Below, one piece after another: positions 1 to 11,077 of a DNA stretch of 64,000 nt; the stretch's first letter is position 1; every line of letters starts with the position of its first letter. Source of the stretch: Spizellomyces punctatus DAOM BR117 (taxonomy: Eukaryota). The DNA is taken from the NCBI GenBank assembly GCA_000182565.2, contig KQ257456.1. One strand, 5' to 3'. A program made the translations under genes and the position numbers. The notes under the pieces were generated by a model, which was not told the origin of the DNA, made no database searches, and worked only from the letters and a program-made list of their open reading frames with translations.

Positions 1-2537
1 CGGAAATATATCTTCGAACTTTGGCCACATCAGTGGCCGCCGAGAACAATGCCTTGTTTGTATCTGTCACCAATGACGATCTATTTGAACGATTGTCTGG
101 GCATAAGGTTGTCACTGGGCCACCGTTAAAGACAGATCAGCATGGAGGGATGTATGGAGGTGGAGGGGGGCAGCGGCCAATGGGTCGGAGAAGAGCTCCG
201 AGCATGCTCGCAGTCCAGCTGGTGCCAACGTTGGGTGGTGGAGGTAATATATCTGCACAACCGCAGGAAGACGATGCGGATTTGAATGAAGATGTGCCGT
301 CTGTACCCTATCGTAAGTGTTGATCTTTTTTGAAGCTTATGAGAGTGATGCTGAAATGCGAGGTTTTGAACAGCTTGGTTCAAGGGTTACCAGAACAGTA
401 AGGGCGAACGCCTAGTACTTGCCCGAAACCGAACTGGAGCTACGGAACCCTTGGGAGATGCACAGAAACTTATCGGCGATGCTTTTACGATCTTCTTCGA
501 CAAGATTGCTGCAGAAAGCACTGGCCGACCAGTCATTATTTATTATGAGGATCTCCTCGCGCTACTTACCAGTGAGGAAGGCAAGCTGCCAGATCTGATT
601 GCTTTACTCTCAAAGAGCCTGGAGAAGTGTAGGGACGAGGGAACAAATATCCTGCTGTTGGCACCACATACATCGACATTTCAAAAGACGTCTAATCAAG
701 GAAATCGGATGGGTGGCATAGGGAATCTGATTAAAGCTCTGAACTCGGGTGAGGAAGATGGCCCACCTGATGAAGAGCCTGGGGGTCCTGGCGGTTTCAA
801 CATTTTGGGTGGCCAACGGCGGCGACCCAAGGGGCTGTCGTACGATACGCCGCTTGATAAGTATCTTGGGGTGACTGCGGTCAATGTATTCCCGCCTCCG
901 GGAGGCGAGCTAAAGAGGCTACAGAATCAGCTGGAAGATGATCTGCGGATACTGTATTGGAATGCCAACAAACGGGAACTTGCTCTTGCGGCGGGAGCAG
1001 CGGATGTTCAGCTCCCTCTGGCAGATGAGCGTCTATCCAAATTGATCACAGCACCTCCGCGACCCTCCAATGCCTCACTTGCGCTGCTTAGCGACCGTCT
1101 CCTTTCCCCCCTCGAAGTCGAAACATTAGTGTTTTTGAGCATTGACGCCTACCGCCAACGAAAACCTGATGGACGACGAAAATCAAAAAACAATGCCGTC
1201 TTGAGCGTCACCCCAGACGATTTCATTAATGCATGCAGCATTGGCTCTTTGGAACGAAACACGCTTGAGGATATGAAGAATGGGACTGCATATGCGGGTG
1301 TGTTCAAGAACCCTGGTGACAGAACGCGACTTTCGCAGCGTGAAGAGCAGTTGTTGGGCCAGTGTTTGGTGAAACCAGATCCGGCTGTGGCGTCTTTCCA
1401 AGGAGTGGGAGGTTTGAAGAAGACCAAACAGACGATTCAAGAGCTGATAAGACTACCATTACAACGACCTGAACTATTTGAAACGGGTATTCTACGGTGG
1501 GTTCTAAATCACGATTTTTAGCAACTGATGTAAAAATATTTATAGTTGGAGTTGGTCCATAGGCAAAGCACGACGGGTATATTATTGTTTGGTCCACCAG
1601 GAACTGGAAAGACATTACTAGCGCGTGCTGTGGCCGCAGAGTCTGGAGCGAATTTTCTCAACGTTCAAATGAGTGACATTCAGAGCATGTGGGTTGGCGA
1701 GAATGAAAAGGTGCGTCTAGTCGGGGTTCAAATTTGCTTTGGAATATCCAGAAAATACTTACATGTGACGGATACATACAAATAGAACGTAAAGTCTCTC
1801 TTTACCTTGGCTCGGAAGCTCAGGCCCTGCGTTATTTTTGTGGATGAGATTGACGCCCTACTACGTGCCCGACAAAGACATCAAGCCCATCATGTCACCA
1901 ATACCATCAACGAATTTATGCAAGAATGGGATGGGTTGCAAAGTGACTCCAATGGCGTGATCGTAGTCGGTGCAACAAACCGACCGTTTGATTTGGACGA
2001 AGCGGTGCTTCGACGACTTCCTCGTCGGATTTTGGTTGATATGCCCGATTATGAGGCTCGATGTGAGATTCTAGGGATTAAGTTAAAGGACGATCCTTTG
2101 GGAGAAAATACACCAGCGGAACGAAAGAGAATTATAGAGGAAGTCGCCTCCTTGACGAATGGGTGGAGTGGTAGCGATTTACGCAACTTTTGCATAGCCG
2201 CTGGTACGTTTACCGTCTCTCTATTTTCGTGCTCTCCAACATTCTAACCCTCCAAAACCTTTCAGCATACGCATCTCTTCGACCGCACGTCGAATCCGGT
2301 GCAGATCTCACAGTACGACCGTCAATTACTCTTGAGGACTTTAAGACTGTCCTCGAATCGGGAGATGTAAGACCATCTCTGAGCGATAGAGCCGAATTGA
2401 GCAAGCAGTTAAAGGATTGGGACAAGGTATATGGAACCGGCAGCGGAGGGTACGGGCGCGGGGGAAGCGAGTGGGGATTTGATTTGGTGCTTCAGCAGCC
2501 CAGTCGGACATCTAGTGATAGCCAACAGCTGGAATAG
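1..2537 (+). CDS. AAA+ ATPase of the Msp1/ATAD1/spastin-like clade; multi-exon, 5' end lies outside the window
   Basis: Walker [14 protein letters not shown], Walker [33 protein letters not shown] and GWSGSDL. GT-AG introns at about 313, 1497, 1711 and 2204; stop at 2537. Confidence 0.88.
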
Positions 2538-3357
2538 GCATGTATATTGTCGGTTAGTCTAGCCTGTATATCATTGGAGGAGGGGGCTGATGACTTGGAT
2601 TTTACACCACTTATAGATGCAGCTTATAGTTGATTTCCCTTCCAACAAGCCTCATATCTTCGGAACGTGCTAAGCCACGTGAGTTACTAAGCAGCACACA
2701 TCGGGAGGGTTGTAGCCCTAACAGCTCGTTGCTTTACCAGACCTTTGGAGATGCGAGGTTTTGAAAAGCCCTTCTGCGTTTTCGATTCCCGCCCCCCACC
2801 TTTTGTCGCTGCGACCTTGTAGATTCTGACGGCTTGCGACAGCGGTGGAGCATTTGTTTTGCTTTGCTCCTCCTAGATATTTGCTTCATTGAGCTGTTGA
2901 GCAGTCACTCTTTGCGAGTGCAGTCGCCGCGCTTTTGACCAGGTTTGCCAATCGCGTGTCTCTCGAACTCTGGTCGTCGAACGTGTTTGATCTGACTTTT
3001 TTTTTTATAGCACAGTGCTTTTTCGCTATTTGTCAGTTTGCTGAAATTGGTGCTCCCGTTTTGGATTCCAGGTGTGTGTCTGTCTGTGTGTGCGTATGGA
3101 CCTTGAGAGACAGAGATCCCAATGCCGAGACACGTTCAGCTGGGACAAGTAGATAAGGCATCTGGGACTGCGTGCTGGGAAAACGAGAACCACTATTGTC
3201 ATTGAGGATACTCTTACCAATAGACTTGGGACTGTTTGTCTTTTGACAATTGCATTTTTGCTGATCGTGACACTGATCTGCGTCTACCATCTCAGCAGCG
3301 CTTTTGCGACACGTTCCCCTCTCCGCGATTTCATGTTGAGGTGGGACCAGTGGGACC

Positions 3358-6300
3358 ATGGACAGAGGAGACATGGAATCCAAAAAGCGATCCCACTCGC
3401 CTGATGCAGGGAGTGGAGCATCTCATCGATACGGATCAGATTCTTCGCTTTCACTACCATCCTTCTCACCAGCGGCTCCATCTGAAAGATATAATTTACC
3501 ACCACTCTCCAGCCTCACCTCGTTTGCTGCCGGTGGTGGGCCCCCGCCGCCGCCATCTCTTCATGGGCATATGCGGAGATCTGGATCTGAGGCGTCTCCC
3601 CCGCCACCCGTCAACAGTGCCAAGCGCTTGCGACTGGATGACACTGGATCGGTTGGATCTGCTGGAAGTCGGGATCGGTCGCAGTACGGGTCGCCGGCAG
3701 GCGCTGATGACCTAGGCGGTGGTCGCAGGCATTACATGCACTCGATGCCGGAACTTCCTGGTGAGTATTGGGTTTACATCATAATGGGTGCTAGCAGATA
3801 GGATTGTACTGATGAGAAGCTGTATCTAGGTATAGCTTCCATTACCGGACGTCCAGCACAAAACCCACCAGCAATGCCACTGTTTTCACCGGGGGCAATG
3901 CCTCCTTCAGCATCATCCCATGACGTCGATCATAGGTCCATCCTCCCGTCCGCTGGACATAGAGTGGTACCCGAATACACAGGCACTGCTCCGCCCACCC
4001 TTCCGTCCTTGAAATCTTTTAGCGCTGATGCTCTTCCAGAACGGACGCGAGGGTCTCCTGTTCTCAGTAGTCATTACGCGGCATCCGATTCTACACGATA
4101 TGGACCGTCTGGTGCTCCGCATTACTCTTCTTCAGCCTCTGTGCTAACTCCTTCTGGTGGAACTAATGCAATAGTACAGTCATCTCCTGGCCTCCTTTCC
4201 AGTAATAGAATGACATTACCGCCATTCAATGCAAGTTCTCCGGTCAGCAAAGTGCCAAAGCCGCCAGCAACCAATCTCTATAAGAGAGAAGGTAATGCGA
4301 CCACTTCAACCAGTGGTACAGCGTCAACATCAGTGACTAGCAGAGGTTCACCCTATCAGTCGCCCCGGTTGTCCCCTGCGTTGAACCCTACCATTGCAAC
4401 GATACCCCCTCCGGCAGCGTCATTTCTTCAAGCAGCGAATGGCACTGGACCTGCATTTGCCGCCAACCCCTTTGGCGTATCCCAATACGGTCCCAACTAT
4501 TACCCCTCTGCCGTGAAGCGTCTAGATTATGAGCGAAAGGACATACCAAGTGTCCTCTCCCGAGTACCCAACCCACCATCTTCCGCGGGAGAACCATCGA
4601 CTCCCCTAGGAACGTCTTCCAGTGAACTGCATGCTGTCGGAGCACTTTTACATGCTGCTTCTGCCGGTTCACCTACAGACCGCGACACTGGCTCTGGGGA
4701 TGGCGACTTGGACGAATCAGGTGCTGCTGGCAATTCGGAAGATTTGGAATCAGAGGACCTACGCAGTGGTGCTGCACTTCGAAGACGGACCAAGGGGCCC
4801 GATTCAGAAGCGGGCGAGCCGCTTGGGCGTGTCCTCATAATGGGGGTCCGTAAAGCTGATATGGAAAAAGCTAAAGAAGAAGCAAAACGAAAACGTAAAC
4901 CTGGGGATGTTGCTGTTGTGAATGATGAAAGATTAATTAAGTTGCCGAAAAATGTCGAAGAGAGATTTTTAGGTGAGAAGGTATATTGAGCGACTGATGC
5001 GATTATATTGAACTAAAAATAATTCTTTCAGGACATGTTAATTATACTGGTCCCCGCGTGAAAGTTCCCGGGTCTATCCGAGTAGAAGATATTGAACTCT
5101 TCCTGCTACCTCAGTTCACTAGCGAACATCATTACAGTACCATCGAAGTTCGCATTCCAGCGCACTTGCTGACATTTAAGAACAATGTTGCCGTGCGGCG
5201 ATCGGCCGTGTGGGGAACTGATGTATACGCTGATGATTCCGATGTTGTTGGCAGTAAGTTTGTCGCTGCGCAGGTTCAGCCGTGGCATTTCACTCACGGA
5301 GATTATATGCAGTGATTATTCATTCTGGATGGTACAAACCAATTGACTCACCCGTAACAAAGACTGTCCGCGCTCTGGGATTGACGACAGAGCGTCGGGA
5401 ACCTGAAACTCAGATTAAGCAGGAGCCGTTGAGTCCTAACGACGAAGACAAGAATGGCCAACAGGTTAGCACAACAGTCGAAGATAGCGCGACGCAGAGC
5501 AGTGTACCCCCAGAAACAGCCACCGTGCGCGTACTACCCCAACCTCCACCAGAGCCCATCACAGGAAAGGTAGATCCGCGGGACGGACTACCCGACCACG
5601 ATTTACACGTGACTTTGAGGATACTACCAAGATTGGTCAAGTACAGTGGCTCTTCGCGTAACGGAATAGAATCACGGGGATGGGGTGGTTTGCATGATGG
5701 AGAGAGCGTGCGAATCGAGAACGTTGTGTTGGCTGATAAAGGTACTGTGGGTCGTAAGGGACGAAAGACGGGTGCCAAGGGATGGAGCGCGATGGCAAGA
5801 ATCGTCGCTCGTGAACTGATTGCTATGGAACAAGGAGACGACGATGGGGAAGGAGACTGGGGGTGGGGCACAAAAGAGCCTGCAGAAGGTTTCGGAACTG
5901 TCACGTTTGTTTTCTCTGACTTTGATGGAGAAGCCTGGTAAGTTATTGTCTGCGAGGGACTCGCTCAACCGTTTCTCCCCTGGACTCATCAGGTTCTCGT
6001 CCGTTAGTTTGAAATACTCGCCAAAATTATTGATAGACTGGCCACCGTATTTACGAGATCTTTTTTGGGATTCAGAAACATGCCTTCAACGCGCTCGAGA
6101 GAAAGGCAAACATTACGCAGACGGCACAGAGTCGGCGTCTCAGCGAGCGCAGGAAATAGTTCAACGCCGCGTAGAAGTGCAAGAGCGAAAAGCCGAGTTC
6201 ACAGGGGAAGAGCTACGACGTATGCGTGATTGGCCATACTGGCGCATTAGGATGTTAAAGGATACCTTGTTTTTGGAAGATGGGTATGGTAAAAGGTAGG

Positions 6301-6974
6301 TCGTAAATTGTGTATGTCTTGCGTACCGCTAGACGCTCACATTTGAATTCGTCAGATATGAGCTATCCCGTCGCAAAGAAGGTGATTCCCAAGCTGAATT
6401 ATACCAGCTAACAGAATGCAAAGGTGGCCTGGGACGGCCGACTCAGCCTTCACCTCCCGCACCCGCTGTCCATGCGGAAAACCTTGGATGGCAAGATTTG
6501 GAGTGGACGGAAGCGGGTGTGGCTTTTGCTAATGGCGAACGTGTAGCTGTTGCTAGATTCTTCTGGCGACGACAAGACCGTCCTGTGGAGCAAGAGAGAA
6601 AACACTTGACGCCCGTGGAGCGAGACCGCAAGAGGCCGCGGGAAGAGGAATCAGCTAGTGAAGAAGGTATAGATGTGGAGGGACAGGCGACTGCTGAAGC
6701 ACAGCATCAGTCATTGCCAGAACAACCAGTAAAAAGACGACGAACGGAGGAAACGGCGTCTGTCGAATCTGTGACGACGGCACCAACGAGCATGCCTCAA
6801 GATTCCGCAGCCTCCACACCCACCAGCGCGTCCGACAACAGTAAAGTAGTCGCCAACCATGCCGCCCCAGCTGGAGTACAGTCTCCAACGAGTAAAACAA
6901 CCTCCTCTCCGGCCATACCCGCACTCAGTGCTCAGCCGGATGTTCCTTCGACCACCTCCCTCCTACCGGCATAG
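3358..6974 (+). CDS. Rxt3-domain protein (Rpd3L/Sin3 HDAC-complex subunit-like) with long low-complexity N- and C-termini; multi-exon
   Basis: Spliced motifs VWGTDVYADDSDVV/AVIIHSGW and DLHVTLRILPRLVKYSGSSRNGIESRGWGGLHDGES are typical of Rxt3. Consecutive ORFs are joined by GT-AG introns. Confidence 0.8.
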
Positions 6975-7801
6975 TTCCAGTGATTATACCATCAAGCAAA
7001 GTAGATGCTTGGCCGCAATATCTACCTTTGAGGGGAAGCCCAGTCTCACTTCCATGCAAAGCTTGAGTAGAACGCTGTAAATGTTCCAGGGAGTCATAGT
7101 TGCTACTCTTATTCGCATAAAGCTGTCGTTGCGCATTGGGTTGTAAAGTAAATAGAGCGAATTGTGTCCTCATTTCGTTTCCCCATGCCTGGCGCTTTTT
7201 TAAATTGTGAAATCGGTGTGCGAGGGCGCATTTGTGCTTATCCAAATGGTTAACTGGAGTGCCTGGTTCAGCGCGGTATATTGCTCCGCGCACTTGACCG
7301 CCTCTCTTCCCGCTCTAACACTTTTAGAACCCTGATTTTTACCAGCTCAAGCTTATCCTTCTCACGAGCACTTTTTGTCCAAATCATGAAAATCTAAAGT
7401 ACTGAGACAACACTACTCGTCAACCATGATCTATTTTGGACGACACGCTATTAAACTTGGGCTTCCATTCGCAATCCTGTTAAATGCATCAATGCCGACA
7501 AGAACGAATCGCATGACAGATACATGTTGGGGGGGAAAAATATTCCAAATTTGAAAAAACTTCATTAATCCTGAAGCAAATGGTTTGAACCGTTTGATCA
7601 GGGCTGAGCACATTCTTGCTTACACAGCCGCGCGCTTTTCAATCATTAAATACGGCTGTTGGTCTTGTTCAGCAAGCAAAGAAAGTGTACCCAGCCTCTT
7701 GTGGGGGTTTTTTTTGTTCTACTGCGGGGCCAGGGACGACCGTCGTTATAAAGTTGACGTATTCTGACAAAAAGTATCAAAGGGTATAATACTGGTTCAC
7801 A

Positions 7802-8575
7802 ATGTTGACGTTTTTGACTCGACCGCGCAACGGGCCAGCCAGCCATTCAGTTTCCGCTTCCTCAACCTCCATATCCTCAATGCCTTTCCACCCTCGTACG
7901 TCGTCCCTCCCATCAAGCTCACATTCCCTCGTCCCTTTATGGGATCCCGTCTCCAAAGAACAGCGTCTTGTCCTCCGCGACCGAATATGTGCAGTGACGG
8001 AACGTGACGGGAACGTGGTTTTGGCCGTGGATGATATGGATGGCGGTCTCTTGGTCGTTGTTGGCACGAATGCGATAACAGAAGATCAACTTGGTGATGA
8101 AGGGTTTGAAGACCCTCATGGGATACAGAACGAAGGAAAAGAGTTTTATGCTGAACGGGATTGGAGTTTGAACCCTGGACAGCGGGCCTTGACATTGCCG
8201 CCTGGTATGGACTTGGATGAGTTTGTGCAAAATTGGTGTGAGGGATTTTTGGTGTTGGAGGAAACGGATAGCGAGGAAAACAGTGGTTGGAGTATAGCGA
8301 CTTCTCAAACAGCTCCATACCCCCATCCCCCCCGAGTTGCCGTCAATCCGAGTCGAATTCTCGATGTGCATCCGGACATTCAAACACCTCTTCCTGGTTA
8401 TGTTGTCCTGGACTTTGGACAGCAAGCTCCATGGTTACGCACCAGATGTGGAACTCGACGGGCGCGAACAGAGGAGAAGGATGCCAGAGTCAAATTGCGT
8501 GTGAAAGGTGTTTCTTTGGCGGATTTTATGGTGAAGGTTGACCCTCTTGGATGGGAAGAAGTTTCCCTCTCCTGA
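7802..8575 (+). CDS. Hypothetical protein, single exon, 257 aa
   Basis: ATG-initiated 774-nt ORF with globular-looking composition, followed by an AT-rich 3' region; no family recognised. Confidence 0.6.
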   Translation: MLTFLTRPRNGPASHSVSASSTSISSMPFHPRTSSLPSSSHSLVPLWDPVSKEQRLVLRDRICAVTERDGNVVLAVDDMDGGLLVVVGTNAITEDQLGDEGFEDPHGIQNEGKEFYAERDWSLNPGQRALTLPPGMDLDEFVQNWCEGFLVLEETDSEENSGWSIATSQTAPYPHPPRVAVNPSRILDVHPDIQTPLPGYVVLDFGQQAPWLRTRCGTRRARTEEKDARVKLRVKGVSLADFMVKVDPLGWEEVSLS

Positions 8576-9023
8576 TGCGGATACTTTTGGTTCTTTTATG
8601 TACATGATTTGCGAGCTTGTAAATATAATTGTAATATAATCCGAAAACGACACACTAGTCGTTTAAGCCATTGTCAATGGTTCCTTTACTCTGATGTTTC
8701 GATCGTCGTTGGGATCACTGGAACCTCTCCAACTTTCAGCATTTGACTTTGACCCTAAAGTGCGGTCCAGGGAATACGACAAGCCCTGATCCTGTAAATG
8801 GTGAGATGCACAGAGATTTGGAGAAACATTATATATTATCAAGTTCCAAGTACGTGCATTTGCTCATGAAGCAAGTTCTGCACGAGACTGCCCAAAACCG
8901 AGCATCCCCATAAACTATTTACGAAAAGAAAAGCAAAACAACTCCAGCGCCTATTCTCAAATACACATTACAAGCAATATTTCACTCATCGGATATGCCC
9001 AGACTTTCCCCCATTTCCCACAG

Positions 9024-10180
9024 CTACGACTTGCGCTCATCCAATCCGAGCTGACTGTGGCCTCCGTGTTGTGGGTGCTGATGACTCGGATGCCCAGGGT
9101 GTCCATGTGATTGGTGCTGGTGTGTTTGCTGAGGGGCCGTCGAAGAGACATGCGGGCTACCCCCCAGCGAAGTTGACACCTGCGGAAGATGTCCACCTCC
9201 CACATTGGAAACATTATCATACACGTTCTTTACTCCTGGATGTTGGTGCTGTTGAAACGCGTTTTGGGCAGCAGCCGCCATTGCGGCCGCTGCAGCAGCG
9301 GCTGCAGCAGGGTTGCTTGTGATCTGGCTTGGGTCACCGTTTGTTACTGCACCGAGAAACTGCGCACTCGCATTGCGCTGCTCCAATGCAGTGGTGTGCT
9401 TTACCGTCTTCAAGTGAGTTCCGACATTTGAAAGCTGCGGCTGGCGACCTCCGTTTCGAAGCGAAATGGTTACGGGACGCGAGTTGCATACGAGGCACTT
9501 CCATACTCCTTCTGCCCCGCGGCCATCCCTAGAATGCTCAACACCAACCCGATAGTCCACATCCTTTCTTAGCGCTCTCGTTACAGGTGACTCTGCCAAG
9601 TGACGCTCCAATGACGCGAGTAAAGTAGGCAAATCTGGTGGACTCTGCATTAGAGGGCTCCCTTCATCCGTCATTCGGCGACGCTTACGGGGACCCGGAG
9701 ACGCACCCAGTGCAGCCAGAACATTTGCATTGGCGGGATCATTTGGATCGAGCCCATATGGTGGATTGGTTACATACTAACAACGATACGCGTTAAAAGT
9801 GAATACAACCATCAATTCCAAGAAAAATAGCTTACTTGAATAACCAACTTGCGATGACCAGGCTTCAAAGTTCTCTTTGTGTAGTACTCGGCCGAAACGA
9901 GATCATTGTTTGGGTCAGTCAAGTTAACGTTGAGTGTGCGAATGGCGTCGATGGTTTCATAACCCGCATCAAACAAGAGGCTGGTGGCTTCTGAAGGGAT
10001 ATGAGGGTGCAGCTGCTCAATTAACCTCTGACGAGCCTGTTCTGTCTGGACCAATGGTTCCATCAGCGGGGGAGTCGACGGCAGTGCGTTCGCCCCTTGA
10101 GCGTTTTGGGCTAGTTCGTGGTGCTGCTGCTCAGTCATTTGCGAGAGGCTGATGAGAGCTTGGCCGACGCTGCTTTCCAT
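9024..10180 (-). CDS. SAM-like domain plus single C2H2-type zinc finger protein with a Q/H/A-rich tail (putative regulator); 2 exons
   Basis: Exon 1 LFDAGYETIDAIRTL...LKPGHRKLVIQ is SAM-like. Intron about 9835-9777 (GTAAG...TTAG). Exon 2 has NLS-like PRKRRR and WKCLVC...GTHLKTVKH. Confidence 0.65.
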
Positions 10181-10779
10181 ATGCACAATGGGTAACTGCG
10201 CGCAAACAGTCAGCTTGATACTATACACAGAAAAGGTGGGCTACAAGAAGCCCCAAGATTACCCTTTGTCCGGACGCGTAGGGGCGAGGGCAAACGACCG
10301 CGGGAGTTGGTTGCTGGTTTCTTGAAGGGTGGTTCCGCGAGAAACGAAATGTGGAAGGAAGGAAAGAAACGGTTCGCTTCGCTTCTTTTCTTTCACAAAC
10401 CACTTTCTATATTTGGTTACATTGAATTCCAGTCGCATGATTCGCTAGCGATTTGTGATTCGATCAGCCATTCGATCAGCTCACTTTTTGCAATGCATTC
10501 CATCACTCGTTTCATTATTCCATTTACAGGTTAATGAAGTGTCATTGGATTCTGGTAGGCGATTCTTATCAGAGATCTCTGCGGCGTTCCTCATAGCGCT
10601 TTCTATACCTGCCATTATGTTGTTAGAAAATATTGGACCAGTCGGTTGACTTTTCCAGGTGCTCAGCACTTTGAAGAATCTCTGTTTGTCATCCGCATCG
10701 ACCATTTCGTAGGCGTATTTATAAAATAGAATTTAGGGTTCACGCCTGTAGATCCAAAGCACACCAGCACCGTCACATA

Positions 10780-10804
10780 GTGTATTGGCAAGAACTAATG
10801 TCAC
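10780..10804 (+). repeat. Left terminal inverted repeat of the Fanzor element
   Basis: GTGTATTGGCAAGAACTAATGTCAC, preceded by CATA (10776-10779); pairs with 13043-13067. Confidence 0.75.
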
Positions 10805-10938
10805 AAACAATACACAAACTGAGTCGATACATTGAGTCATGGAGTGTCATATATGTGGCAAACTGCAGAATATTCCTCTCATAGATGGCCGTCAGATGGC
10901 TGCAAGGGATAGTAATTGCAATCATTCATGGCCGCAGG

Positions 10939-11014
10939 TATTGGACCCGTTTTCATGCTGGCCACACATATTGGACCCGTTTTCATGCTGGCCACACATA
11001 TTGGACCCGTTTTC
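10939..11014 (+). repeat. 30-bp tandem repeat (about 2.5 copies) inside the Fanzor element, upstream of the ORF
   Basis: Unit TATTGGACCCGTTTTCATGCTGGCCACACA exact at 10939 and 10969, partial at 10999. Confidence 0.95.
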
Positions 11015-11077
11015 TCATGACAACAAACATAAATAGTGGCCATGGTCGCGGCATTTTCTCCTTTAACCCATCCTGAT

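Noticed and set aside
10939-11014. Repeats next to a Cas12-like RuvC gene as a CRISPR array
   Set aside because: The units are directly tandem with no unique spacers, the context is eukaryotic, and the guide is better explained by the 3' omegaRNA.
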